A stretch of 51,167 nucleotides of DNA, from positions 80,754,630-80,805,796 of the forward strand of contig NC_068991.1 of assembly GCF_001194135.2 (NCBI RefSeq). Direction: 5' to 3'. The notes below the pieces were generated by a model. The model saw only the letters and a program-made list of their open reading frames with translations. It was not told where the DNA came from and made no database searches. The number at the start of each line of letters is the position of its first letter. The first letter of the stretch is position 1. This document shows, in pieces, positions 23,029 to 33,334 of the stretch. The position numbers and the translations under genes are program-made. The stretch is from Octopus bimaculoides (lineage: Eukaryota).

Positions 23029-26000
23029 TGATCTGTTTTGTTTTTTTTCACAATCTCTTATGAAAATGTGTCAATTGTCTGTGTTTGTACTTTGGTTTTG
23101 ATTAATTTGTGATAATTGCAATTAACTGATTCCAGAAAGAAACCTTGCGTGCGTGTGTGCAAGGTGCATGATGTAAAGAGAGCCAAGTTTTATTCTCATC
23201 AACCATTGGCTTAGTTTGGTCCCTCGGTAGTTCCAGCAGTGCTTGTCATGCATTCTGCAAGGTCCCATGTTCAATCTTAATATGCATCACATTTGGCAAG
23301 CACTATTTTTTTTCTTCTTCACTAATCCTCAGTTTGACCCAAGTGGGCAATTAGTGAAATTGGATTGATGGAAACTACAAAGATGAACCAGACTCATCAA
23401 TTTAATTTTATCTGATTCATGCTGCTTCTGCTTTGGAGGTTATGTGAAAGAGTTATGAAAAAACCACTTGACCATGGTTGTGCTTTTATACCATTATGTA
23501 AATTTATTTAAGTCCTTAATAGTTTGTTTACATCTTTTGTAAGATATATTTTTAACTGTAGCAGTTGAGAGATAAAGTATGTGGATCCTTGATGAGTGTT
23601 TATAAATACAAAGCTGGCTGCACCCACTTCTGTTCTCATTGCCAAAGATATTTCATTGGAACAGGTGCCTCATATATGTTACCTTAATTATCGTTACCAC
23701 TTAACATCCACTTTTCCATACCTCCATGGGTCATATGGAATTTGTTGCGGGAGATTTTCTACAGCTGGATGCTCTTCTTGTCACCAACCCTCATCTCTTT
23801 CCAAGCAAAGTAATCTATGGAAGACTGGTAACAAACAACATCGCATGTATGGTGGTGATGTTCATTTACAATTATTACAACCAACAAGCATATACATACG
23901 CATGCACACACACACACACACACACACACTATACAGGATGCAATGGGTAAATTGTCACCATTTTATACTTTTAATTTCACGTATGTGCATTATTTGTTTT
24001 TGATATGTCGAGTATGCAGTATAGTAGGGTCAAATGGGCACCATCTGTGATAAAAACAGCACCATGATGCAATTCACTCTGCCAGAAATTTGGAAATGAC
24101 ATGCTGTACTGCTTGGCATTTGTACTGGAAGCTCCAATACAAACATTTCAGAGTGTTTGGGTGTCAATTTGAGGAAAGTGCAATCTGAGGACATGTACCG
24201 AGAGTCATAAAAATCAAACATCCAGCCAAGATCACGGTGTTTGGAGTGATCACTAGTGATAGCAACATTATGCCTCCATTCATCTTCCCACACGTCCTCA
24301 GACTCAAAACAGAGACCTACCTCAAGTGCTTGGAGGAGGTAGTGCTGCCCTGGGTGAAGTGGGTGACTGCTGAATGACCCTGTGTTTGGCAACAGGACTC
24401 TGCACCAAGCCACACAAGCAGCAGAACCCAGTTGTGGTTGTCAGACAATTTCTGCAACCACATCACCCCTAACATTTGGCCACCTAACTCCCCAGACTGC
24501 AACCCCCTTCATTATTATGTGTGGGGTGCAGTTGAGCAAGAAACCAATAAAACTCCTTGTAACACCAAAGATGAACTGAAGGCAAGGATTATGGCTGCAT
24601 TCACCAATTTAAACCAGGAGACCATCCAGAAGAGTCATCTGGAGGTTGTGATTGAAGCCAATGGTGATTTTGTTGAATAAATTTACTCTTTAGTATTTCA
24701 AAATATTCTTATGTAATTTTAGTAAATATCAGGTCATCCCATAAATTCTGTCTGAATTTTGAATAAAGAAAACAAGTGATCGGATGTTATATTTAATTGT
24801 TACTTAATCATCAATGTACTTTCCCTGATTATCTATGACTTCCTTCCATCTATTTACAAGCTTTTTAATCCCATCAATGTAAAACTCTTCTGGTTTCTGT
24901 TTTGACCTCCTCCTGGCTTGCGAAAGTTATGTCCCCCAAATGATTCTGTAAGCTACAAAATAAATGGTAGTCTGAAGGAGCAAGGACGGGAGAAAAGGTG
25001 GATGAGGAATTTTTTCCCAACCAAGCTCTTCGATCTTCTGTGAGGTGATCTTTGCAGTGTGGGGTCGCACATTGTCCTTATGAAACATCATTCCTTTTCA
25101 ATTCACTAAAGCGGGTCTTGTTTTCTTCAAAGCTTGGTTCAAACGCTCTAATTGCTGACAGCAGACTTGAGCATTGATTGTTGCATTAGGTGTTAACAAT
25201 TCAAAGTGAATTACTCCTTTGCAATCCCATAAGATAGAGAGAAGAACCATTTTTCCATGAAGTTCCCTTCTCGGTTGTGATTGAGCTTTTTCCCTTTTAC
25301 CAAGCCACTGTTTACGGCGTTTAACATTTCGATAGAAGATACATTTTTCGTCACAAGTCAAAAGATTATCCAAAAAGGGTGAAATGAGTTCGCGAGAATG
25401 GAGAGAAGAGCAGATGTCAACTCAGGATTTGTGGTTGCTTTCGGACAATTCATGAGGCACCCATTTTCTAACCTTTCCAAGTTGTTGAAGGTGACAATGA
25501 ACAGTTGTATGGTTTGAACTAAGCTTTATTGATTGCCAATTCTTCAACTGATAATGCACGATTTTCTTCAAGTAATGCCTCAAGGAGCTTATCATCAAAC
25601 TCAACTGGACGTCCTGTTCGATCTTCATCTTCAAGGCTGAAATCTCCACTTCTGAATTTTGCAAACCATCTGCAAGTTCTTTCATTCAAGCATTCTTTCC
25701 CATNNNNNNNNNNNNNNNNNNNNNNNNNNNNNNNNNNNNNNNNNNNNNNNNNNNNNNNNNNNNNNNNNNNNNNNNNNNNNNNNNNNNNNNNNNNNNNNNN
25801 NNNNNNNNNNNNNNNNNNNNNNNNNNNNNNNNNNNNNNNNNNNNNNNNNNNNNNNNNNNNNNNNNNNNNNNNNNNNNNNNNNNNNNNNNNNNNNNNNNNN
25901 NNNNNNNNNNNNNNNNNNNNNNNNNNNNNNNNNNNNNNNNNNNNNNNNNNNNNNNNNNNNNNNNNNNNNNNNNNNNNNNNNNNNNNNNNNNNNNNNNNNN

Positions 26001-26468
26001 NNNNNNNNNNNNNNNNNNNNNNNNNNNNNNNNNNNNNNNNNNNNNNNNNNNNNNNNNNNNNNNNNNNNNNNNNNNNNNNNNNNNNNNNNNNNNNNNNNNN
26101 NNNNNNNNNNNNNNNNNNNNNNNNNNNNNNNNNNNNNNNNNNNNNNNNNNNNNNNNNNNNNNNNNNNNNNNNNNNNNNNNNNNNNNNNNNNNNNNNNNNN
26201 NNNNNNNNNNNNNNNNNNNNNNNNNNNNNNNNNNAGACGTTAAACGATGATGATGTGAAATGATATATAATTAGTTTAAAAGTACACAAACGCATAAAAA
26301 TAATTTTAAATTCCATTAGACATTCTAAAATACTATTAAATTTCATTCAATTTTAAAAAAGGTAAAACCGGACAGAACTTATGGGATGACTTGATGTATC
26401 TGTTAAAATGAGATGTCAGTGTTATTTTCATTTTTGCGTAATTTAAATGACAGTTTATTCACCACACC

Positions 26469-26508
<40 letters not shown>

Positions 26509-29500
26509 GACAAGCTTCTTTCAGTTTCCATCTACCAAATCCACTTACAAGACTTTGGTGTACTTGGGGCTATAGTAGATGTCACTTGCCCAAAGTGTTA
26601 TGCAGTGGGATTAAATCCAAGATGATTGGGTTGGAAGCAAACTTCTTAACCACACAACCAAGCGTGTGCCTTATATATATATATATATATATACTATAAT
26701 TTGTATTAAGAAAACAATGTTATTCTGAAATAGAAATATTAATATTTCTAAGTCTCTCTAAAGGAGACTATGGCAGCGGTACTGGATATTAATAGTTATC
26801 GCCAAGCCAACATGGCAGTCCAGAAAAATAGGATGAATGCTGCCGTTGATAAGCTCCAAGAGGCCATCTCCTCTAGCTAGCTATGTGACACATGAATCTG
26901 TGTCCATTATAACCTTTGAACAGGGGTGGTCAGACGCTTCCCCTTGCTGGTCTGGCATCTACAGACTAGTTTCGAGGTATTGCCCCTAATCAATGTAGAG
27001 CAGCCACACTCAGCAGGTGTCACTACTGACAGTCTGTATGAAGGATTATTTACCTAAATTCAGTAAAATATATCCACTGGTTTTCAAAAATAGAAATATG
27101 ACTGAATCATTGTTAACTTCTATTTTGAACATTCCAATTGAACTCAATATACTGACATATGTCAGTGCACTCTGTCAATCTGCTTATTTCTTCTCTCTCT
27201 CTCTCTCTCTCTTTTCAGAACGTTTCTATAGCCCAGTTGTGAATTTTTTTGTATTCAACGTGACAGATTTGTTAGGACGAATCATTGCAGGCAAAACTTG
27301 TTTTGTAAGTAGATATTACTCATCCATGTGTCTTAATGTGCCTAATATGTGTGTGTGTGTGTGACTCTATCTATCTTCTACCTGTCTGTCTATGTGAATG
27401 TCTAAATGATTGTTTATCAGTCTTTCTATATATAGAAGACATCTATCTGTGAGTCGATCTATTTATCAACTGAATTATCATCATCAAAACCATAATCATC
27501 TTCATTATCATCTTTATTACTATTTTAACTCTTTTGTCACCATATTTCTGCTGAAATACATAGCTTTCCTTTCAATTAATTCTAAAAATAATAAAAATAT
27601 TTTTTTTAAAAAACGGCTACGACGGGAAGCAAAACAGAAAAGGGATTTAATAAGAGTAATCTCCCTCAAGTTTCTAGAATGTTCGAGACCTTTCTGGAAG
27701 CTTCCGGTTTACGTGGAAATCGGGGACTTCCGGTCCATCCCTTTCTTATATAAAGGAAAGAAATTCTAAATTCGTGCCACTCCGTGTCTCTCTAGCCTTA
27801 GGCTGGCATTGAGTCGACCCGCCGCACTTTATGCCCTCTCACGCACATGGTCGCCTTAGTTGGAGACATGTGACTGCAAACAGAACATATTCGTGTGATG
27901 TTACAAACCTTTTCCTTCAATTAACCTTATATGTTAACGCATTACCTCCAGTAATAAATATGTTATGACTTATTACGAACGTCTCTCATGAATCTCTATT
28001 TTCTTGTTACGGACAAGACGGTGACCCCTCTTTCTCTCATGCCGACTAAATTGTTGTGTGTCATTAAGCCTAACCCTTACCACCAAAAATGGATAAGCCT
28101 GACATCACTATAATGTAATAAAATAAACTTTGTCCTTGTTGATCTGTTGTTTGGAATATAAATTAAAATCTAATTTTGCTTGAAGATTTTAATTTTGATC
28201 AGTTTAAAACAGGAAGTTTGTATTGGAAGACAAGGGGCAGTTTCGGCCACATTGGTATCAAAAAGGTTAAACTTCTCCTCTACACTGAACTGCAAAAGAA
28301 ATGTGAGATGTGTGTGACTGTGAAATGTTTTAATTTCATTATGTCATAAATTTTGATAAATCTGATAAAGTTCAATTTCTTGGATGTTCTCTAACTACAG
28401 TCCATGGTTTGTTGTCATGTTCCATTTCTACTAATACTACCACTATTGCCATCACCACTACTACTCTTGTAGATACCTCATCTAATGGCCTTTATGTGAA
28501 AATCTAACTTTTCAGTTGTTCAAACCAAAATCTTCAATGCTGTTCCTGACTACTGCACTGCTGCGCATAGTGTTCATCCCACTGATAATGTTGTGCAATG
28601 TGCAACCACGTGAACACATGACTGTGTTGTTTGACAATGACTATGCTGCCGGAATAATCATATTCTTCCTTGGACTTAGCAATGGTTTCATTAGCAACAC
28701 AAGTATGATGCTTGCACCACGGTAAGTTACCTGCATCTCTCAAGCTTTCTTTCATGTGTGTGTGTGTGAATGTGCACACGTTTTATTGCTTCATGGTACC
28801 AAGTTTAGCTGAGGCAAACCATTCCTACAGAATTATCATTGATCTTGTCACAGACATAATCACACAGAAATAAAATATTGCTATTGTAATATCTGTGGAA
28901 AGTCTTTATTTCATAGAAGTAGTTTTATCTCACCACAAACAAATTCAAATTCAAACAGGATAGAAACCACATTATAAAACATTTTCTGGGAATAGTGATT
29001 TATTTTCTCATACATCAGGTGTATGACCCCATCCATCAGGTGATGTATGGAGTCATGCACCATTGCAGCACATTGCTACATTCACCATCTGTGTGTCTGT
29101 TGGGTCATCCCCGGCAACTTTCTGAGCCATGTACCAGTCAGTTCCCATCTCCACAAGGTATTTCCTCATCCATCATGATTTTTTTTTCATCAGCTGATGG
29201 GAGTCATCTGTCAAAGAGAGAACATTCCACACCCTCATCTAAATAGGCCTCATGCCTGGTCAATGACACCTTTGCACCAGTCATGTAAAGGTATCCAACC
29301 CAGCCTGCCTTCTGGGGTTCTTCCCATTTGGTGGAGAGGGATCCTGACAGCTTTGCCCCAACCGCTTCATGCCACATGCCTCATAGGTACAACCCCAGAG
29401 GAGAGAAATTGTGTCTCATTTGCTAGTCTTTGCTGGTTTCGTGAGAGTGGAGTGCAAATCCTACACCAGCCTCTTTTCATTGCCTTTTAAAGCACACAAA

Positions 29501-30081
29501 TGAAATTGTTAGTCTATTTTTTGGGAATGTTGATCCCTACACATAGGAGTGGAGTAATATTTACAGTAAGATATTTTCTCACAATTCTAATTTATGTAAC
29601 CTTCATACATATTCACACTAGACAGAAACTCTTCTAATTTCTCTTGTTCCAGCGTCCTGTTTGAAAAATTAAAAAGGCCATATGCTCAGAGCCTGAGATT
29701 GCTTGGAGACACAAAGCATGTTATAAAAACCTCTGCCTAGACCTGAGTCTCCCAGCAAGAAACTATCGGTTGCTCATATCTTTATACTGTGTGTATTAAA
29801 TAATATTCCTTTCTCTTTCTCCTCTCGATAGAGTACTTTTTAGTTGATCTTACAGAAGTTCTTAATAATTTTCAAAATTCATTTAAACGAACGCAATGTA
29901 TTTCAACAGAAATATGATAACAAAAGAATTTAATGACTTTTTTTCTTCTTCTTCTTCTTTTAATTCCAGTTTGGTTGAGAATCATGAAGCAGAACAGACA
30001 GGCACCGTATTATCATTATTTGTCACAATTGGTCTTGCAATAGGCTCATGTTTTTCAGTTTTAGTTATCAAATTGGTATAA
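815..30081 (+). CDS. SLC29A3: Equilibrative nucleoside transporter, ENT3-like; complete gene, 13 coding exons, 1290 nt CDS, 429 aa
   Basis: Join 815-864, 4140-4221, 6269-6417, 7546-7640, 10051-10101, 14400-14485, 16167-16313, 17759-17789, 20207-20295, 22724-22829, 27219-27304, 28516-28721, 29970-30081. All introns are GT-AG, phases are consistent and there is no internal stop. ENT motifs: LLPWNFFI, FKLRN, MGGQALGG, VTLSCFP, FNVTDLLGR, LRIVFIPLIMLCN, GLSNGF. The ENT family call is firm. The SLC29A3 symbol is a best guess from the ExxxLI motif and YFHFKLRN. Confidence 0.9.
2479..3005 (+). mobile_element. 5'-truncated RTE-clade LINE copy (3' UTR only) with a (GAT)n tail
   Basis: Matches the UTR that follows the RT ORF stop at 13586 and at about 30830. 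Related copies: 6020-6085 (+), about 8985-9402 (+), 10688-11060 (-), 46930-47196 (-), 49410-49738 (+), 26235-26257 (tail emerging from the gap). Confidence 0.85.
4140..4221 (+). CDS. SLC29A3: ENT exon 2 (TM1: YHLVYIITYLLGVTTLLPWNFFITGEK)
   Basis: Polypyrimidine tract plus CAG acceptor; GTTTGT donor; hallmark LLPWN motif. Confidence 0.93.
4738..5115 (-). mobile_element. Mariner transposase C-terminal relic with right TIR
   Basis: PDIAPSDYHLF...WKRGLASLPERW; TA followed by TTCGGTCATCCCATAAATAAT. Confidence 0.9.
6269..6417 (+). CDS. SLC29A3: ENT exon 3 (loop 1 with NTT and NTS sequons, TM2)
   Basis: TTTTGCAG acceptor; YFHFKLRNTTLPSNTSYVTPLQHYFES...VVIIVKR; GTAAGT donor at 6418. Confidence 0.92.
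7546..7640 (+). CDS. SLC29A3: ENT exon 4 (TM3: VGMKTRFITSFVSIILLLGLTVSFVKVNTNS)
   Basis: Long pyrimidine tract plus CAG; GTAAGT donor at 7641; phases 2 and 1 fit the neighbours. Confidence 0.9.
9403..10010 (-). mobile_element. Degenerate RTE/BovB-like LINE fragment
   Basis: VKQGCIIAPTLF (RT motif) and LEEANITSIEAII...LRWIGHVVWM. A related 3' fragment lies at about 21690-21915 (+; KMNDNRIPK...GRP). Confidence 0.8.
10051..10101 (+). CDS. SLC29A3: ENT exon 5 (TM4: YQTAFFVIVLLTIIFLS), 51 nt, phase 1-1
   Basis: TTGCAG acceptor; GTGAGT donor at 10102. Confidence 0.9.
11490..12077 (+). mobile_element. Helitron RepHel PIF1-type helicase C-terminal fragment (195-codon open frame)
   Basis: PSGMPPHRLNLKVG, LLRNL...GLFNGTR, QFPLRLAYSMTINKAQGQT, FSHGQLYVAFSR and terminal VYHEVL. 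Purine-rich internally repeated flank at about 11100-11490. Confidence 0.9.
12255..12440 (+). repeat. Dispersed SINE-like repeat, family C
   Basis: TGCTTGACAAC...CCCTGTAA(C/T)TTAGC...GAATAAG...CAG(C/T)ATGGC...CTGAAACAAGTAAAAGAATAAAAG recurs at about 3065-3230 and 34090-34265. Confidence 0.75.
12770..14268 (+). mobile_element. RTE-clade LINE composite: UTR repeat units, ORF C-terminus, full 3' UTR and (GAT)n tail
   Basis: IAWAKFRELLPLL...KGRLYDACV...HGSETW; LRWYGHVARM...GRGRPRKTW; one frameshift near 13290; ORF stop at 13586. Confidence 0.92.
14400..14485 (+). CDS. SLC29A3: ENT exon 6 (GSSAVLNATALGFASIMPTKYINALMGGQ)
   Basis: TATCAG acceptor; GTGAGT donor; conserved MxGQ. Confidence 0.93.
14822..15064 (-). 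mobile_element. tRNA-like SINE, family B
   Basis: Minus strand reads AAGGTGGTGAGCTGGCAG...CTGAGTTCAAATTCCGC (A/B-box-like)...GGGGTCGATAAATTAAGTACCAGTT. Other copies: about 1130-1300 (-), 7230-7370 (-), 12600-12750 (-), 15884-16095 (+), 19684-19890 (+), 38228-38450 (+), 44180-44345 (-). Confidence 0.8.
16167..16313 (+). CDS. SLC29A3: ENT exon 7 (TM5-TM6: ALGGTFASLANIL...GYFYFYKL)
   Basis: Pyrimidine tract plus AAG acceptor; GTAAGT donor at 16314. Confidence 0.92.
16515..16830 (+). mobile_element. tRNA-like SINE, family A
   Basis: GTGTGGTTAAGAAGCTT...GGTTC...GTGTCTTCTACCATAG...GTGAGTGGATTTGGTAGATGGAAACTGAAAGAAGCC. Other copies: about 1410-1560 (+), 1925-2070 (-), 8265-8460 (+), 26505-26670 (-), 32560-32695 (-). 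Confidence 0.75.
17759..17789 (+). CDS. SLC29A3: ENT exon 8, 31 nt (EFSRYYIFRD)
   Basis: TTTCAG acceptor; GTAAGT donor; EFxRYY is typical of ENTs just after TM6; phases fit. Confidence 0.82.
17975..18246 (-). mobile_element. Internal RT fragment of the RTE-clade LINE
   Basis: LLDQVMKVTERVIAQLIRERVSLDEMQF...LAFVDMEKAFD; same family as 50047-51167. Confidence 0.92.
18700..18930 (-). mobile_element. Degenerate Tc1/mariner-superfamily (rosa/DD41D-like) transposase fragment
   Basis: Minus-strand GPFLFGNTVNGPVYLNLM resembles GPFFFxxTVNGxxYxxML. Confidence 0.45.
19352..19432. repeat. (TA)n microsatellite, one of many
   Basis: Direct reading. Others include (TTA)n at 288-328 and 6089-6150, (GA)n at 22990-23026, (CT)n at 41097-41146, and (CCG)/(CCA)n at 45398-45437. 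Confidence 0.95.
20207..20295 (+). CDS. SLC29A3: ENT exon 9 (cytoplasmic loop ending STWTVFLK)
   Basis: Poly-T plus CAG acceptor; GTAAGT donor at 20296; phases 1 and 0 fit. Confidence 0.82.
20420..20925 (+). mobile_element. Penelope-like element fragment (RT C-terminus, linker, start of GIY-YIG)
   Basis: RKVLLFNPTFN...TNVGKKLFSLVSRHFP...IFDRRTFKVSYSC...ISQHN, and CCPLAEDCLIKGAVYRAKV. Confidence 0.85.
20926..21250 (-). mobile_element. Degenerate mariner N-terminal (HTH) fragment
   Basis: GNFSFEDSP.SR...LKTVLEENPKQT.ELSKQFNLS; multiple stops. Confidence 0.65.
21930..22217 (+). mobile_element. Mariner C-terminal relic with right TIR and TA
   Basis: DYHFFCSLQNHL...FWKRGLASLQDRW...EGEYILD; ends ATTATTCATGGGATCACCCAG followed by TA. 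Same family as 4738-5115. Confidence 0.88.
22724..22829 (+). CDS. SLC29A3: ENT exon 10 (TM7: IWKWGFAALLTFAVTLSCFPAASSSIQPINDLGWF)
   Basis: CTTCAG acceptor; VTLxxFP motif; weaker GTAATT donor at 22830 chosen for phase compatibility. Confidence 0.85.
23934..24725 (+). mobile_element. maT (DD37D) family transposon, internally deleted and inactive
   Basis: TA-CAGGATG left end. WQQDSAPSH...WPPNSPDCNPLHYYVW has exactly 37 residues between the second Asp and the third catalytic position, which is His here. Confidence 0.85.
24729..26395 (-). mobile_element. Near full-length mariner with both TIRs, interrupted by an assembly gap
   Basis: TCAGGTCATCCCATAAATTCTGTC (from 24729) is inverted relative to GGACAGAACTTATGGGATGACTTGA (ending 26395). 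Coding motifs: WFAKFRSGDFSLED, WVPHELS, LLTCDEK. Stops and frameshifts are present. Confidence 0.9.
25704..26234. other. Assembly gap (N run); other gaps at 39566-39575 and 47197-47470
   Basis: Runs of N. The two large gaps abut RTE-LINE sequence. Confidence 1.
27219..27304 (+). CDS. SLC29A3: ENT exon 11 (TM8: RFYSPVVNFFVFNVTDLLGRIIAGKTCF)
   Basis: (CT)n tract plus CAG; FNxxDxxGR motif; GTAAGT donor. Confidence 0.92.
27614..28085 (+). mobile_element. Probable solo LTR (CpG-rich, TATA box, AATAAA)
   Basis: CpG-rich island in an AT-rich intron, with TATATAAAG near 27767 and AATAAA near 27953. It ends ...CCACCA and both flanks are A runs. The 5' TG is not preserved, so the boundaries are uncertain. 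Confidence 0.4.
28516..28721 (+). CDS. SLC29A3: ENT exon 12 (TM9-TM10)
   Basis: TTTCAG acceptor; LRIVFIPLIMLCNVQPR and LGLSNGF...APR; GTAAGT donor at 28722. Confidence 0.95.
29970..30081 (+). CDS. SLC29A3: ENT exon 13 (TM11 and stop)
   Basis: TTCCAG acceptor; LVENHEAEQTGTVLSLFVTIGLAIGSCFSVLVIKLV followed by TAA. Confidence 0.93.
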
Positions 30082-30507
30082 CGATTTTAATCAATATTTT
30101 TTTATAGATTAGTTATTTAAAAAACAAAACAAAATAATTTCATAATCAAACATTCAATTTTTATAAAAACATCGTTATGCTTTAATACTTAATATTCGAA
30201 AAGGTTGCTGGCAATTGTAGTCGGTTTTATTCTGCAGCTCATCAAGCACAGGGGACGTTACACACAGCCCCGAGAGAAAATTTTGCAGCAGCTGTAGCAT
30301 AAGGTTGATATAGACTTTTATCTGTGTGTGGTATTGAATAATGAGAATGAGTGCTCAACATTGCATTGGTGGATAAATATCCTTTATTGGCAGAATAACA
30401 TGTGGATGAGTAGCAACATTCCCACATGGATTGCTTGAAAACTGTGGAGACCTATCCACATGGAATCATTAATTGTCTTGTTAATCCATAAATGAAGTAT
30501 TATTCCG

Positions 30508-31209
30508 TTGGATGTGTAATGTCAATGTGAATACCTGTCAGAGTGTAAGTATCTTGATAGAAAAGCTGAACATTAGAAGCATCAGTTGTGGTGTGCAAGA
30601 GAGACGATTGCGCTGGTATGGACATGTGGTGAGAATGGATGAGGATAGCTGCGTGAAAAAGTGCCACACCCTAACAGTTGAGGGAACCCGTGGAAGAGGT
30701 AGGCCCAGGAAGACCTGGGCTGAGGTGGTGAGGCAAGACCTTCGTACATTGGGCCTCACCGAGGCGATGACTACTGACCGAGACCTTTGGAAATGTGCTG
30801 TGCGTGAGAAGACCCGGCAAGCCAAGCAAGATCGTTGCCAGTGCCCCTGGACTGGCTCTTGTGCGGGTGGCACATGAGATGCACCATTTTGAGCGTGGCC
30901 GTTACCAGTACCGCCTGACTGGCTCCCGTAGGATTTTCGAGTGAGATCGTTGCCAGTGCCCCTGAACTGGCTTGTGTGCACATAAAAGACACCATTTCGA
31001 GCGTGGCCGTTTTCGTGCGGGTGACACGTAAAAGCACCCACTACACTCTCTGAGTGGTTGGCGTTAGGAAGGGCATCCAGCTGTAGAAACTCTGCCAAAT
31101 TAGATTGGAGCCTGGTGTTGCCATCCGGTTTCACCAGTCCTCAGTCAAATCGTCCAACCCATGCTAGCATGGAAAGCGGACGTTAAATGATGATGATGAT
31201 GATGATGAT
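30508..31209 (+). mobile_element. 5'-truncated RTE-clade LINE (ORF C-terminus, shortened 3' UTR, (GAT)n tail)
   Basis: LRWYGHVVRM...GRGRPRKTW...VREKTRQAK followed by UTR repeat units and the tail. Confidence 0.93.
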
Positions 31210-33161
31210 ATATATACACACACACACAATTGAGTGGACAAACGAAAGAAAGTGACAACACATGTAGTAAGATTTACCAATGTTATTAAAACCAGTTTGA
31301 TTCAGCCCCATGTAACTTAAAGTTTTGTAGGCTTGTTACAGAAACCTAGCTTGTTGGGCTGAGGCAGCTGGATGGAAGGATGTAGGAAACCCAAGATGGC
31401 TGTTGGAACCCCCCCCCCTCCAAGCTGCTATTGATTCAGGTAAGCCACTTGTTGTTGTTGGAATTACAGTGATATCAAATCCATCTGAATGTCTTGCCTT
31501 TGAATTTCATCCAGACTGTTAGACACCTCTAATTTCCTGTCCAGCCAAGCGATCCAAGGAATTCAGGTGGATTTGATGTTGCTGCAATTCCAACAATACC
31601 ATATGACCCACCTTGACCAATCACAGCCCAGGTTCCTGTACCAAGCACCTATGAAACTTTACGTTGCATGGGGCCAAATCAAATTGCTTTTAAATTATAT
31701 CAGTGCTTGCTTGTATATATTTATGTATCTGTGTATGTGTTAAGCTTTTATAAGGGAAAGGTTGACTGTAACTTTGAAGTTTCGCCTTGCTTGCATTCAA
31801 CAGTCTGACGAAGGCAAACAAGTTAAAACTTCAAATTCATTGTCAACATTTTCCTTGTAAAAATTTCAGAAAAACGTACTCTACTAAAATGTATTCAGTA
31901 ATCCTTTAGTTTAACGTTAAACTGTTTTTATATGTAACTTGACACAGAAACAAACATTAATATATATGCATACATACAGGTGTGTGTATGTATACATGTA
32001 TGTATGTAGAAACCATTTTAAATTTGTTTAAAAAGTTTTTCATTCTTACTCCAAACACTCATGAAATATAAATGTGGTAAATACCCATGAAATTTTAAGT
32101 AACATGGAGCTGAGTGAAACTAATTAAATAAATGTCAATCAATTGTGTTGAATGCTACTTCCTTTCATTTGTTCACTCATTTATATATACAGACATACGT
32201 ATAATATATAATCTCTTACTATTTACATATATATACACACACATACATGCATACGTATTTGTGTATGTGTGTGAACAATGATCATGGTAAGATGTGTGTG
32301 TATATATTTATCATCATTATTACAAAAACGTTCTACTTTTCCATATTTGCATGGGTGAGATGGATTTTCTACATCTGGATGCCTTTTCTGTCACCAACCT
32401 TCACTTGTTTCCAAGCAATGTAATATTTCACAATGACCGGACATGTTTTCATAGAAGCATTGAAAATAAGGATACCATTTGCATGAGAGTGATGCTTGTT
32501 CACAAATATTCCGTGGAGACACTCAGCCCGCAACACATACACATGCCTGGTGGTATTCTTTCAGTTTTTCTCTACCAAATCCACTCATAGCCTCAGTCTG
32601 TAGTAAGAGACATTTGTCCAAAGTGCCATGCAGTGGAACTGAACCCATATCATTAAGAAGCAAACTCCTTACCACACAGCCATGCCTACACTTATAAAAT
32701 TACACACACACACATACTCATGATGAGGATATATGTGTGTGTATTTATAGATGTATACATATACACATGTGTGTAGGTATATATGCATATACATGTGTAT
32801 GTGTGTGAGCCCATACACATCCTAGTACCAGTCTGAATTCAAACTTTTGACCATGTATTTCTTATAAAAAGTACTTTTTACATAAATCATATTTTCTCAA
32901 AAACACTTTGTCTTTTGCATGATTCTTTTAAGAAATCCATTCAAATATGTTTCAAATATCATTTTTTGTAAAATATATTTTAAATAAAAATAATTTTTAT
33001 CAATTTCTGTATTTGGCTTTTTTCTTACTTTCTATTATGCACTCTTTTGTATTACAGTTTGATTCTAATAAATGGTATTTATCAGTATGAAAATTATATT
33101 TATCACAGTGATAATTGTATTTATCAAGGACAGGATGATATTTATAATTTGTCTTTGCTTT

Positions 33162-33203
<42 letters not shown>

Positions 33204-33334
33204 AATATCAAAATTAGCTTTCATATATATTTTCTTTTATCAGAAATGCTTAATTTTTGCAATGCTCGAACAACAACACTGAAACTTTCAACAATCAAAA
33301 AGAGAAATCTGTTTTAATGACACTCAATAAATGA

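Noticed and set aside
25519-26346. Long ORFs (275, 244 and 194 aa), and likewise 47016-47552
   Set aside because: They are artefacts of translating through N gaps; the real flanks are mariner or LINE sequence.
26755-27015. Structured-looking block (GGCAGC...GCTGCC, CTGGA...TCCAG) considered as an HDV-like ribozyme or ncRNA
   Set aside because: P3 and P1.1 pairings could not be assembled. It is probably an unclassified repeat fragment.
30190-30480. Moderately GC-rich block after the ENT stop containing a 61-aa minus-strand ORF
   Set aside because: No recognisable motif in any frame and no credible splice link to either gene.
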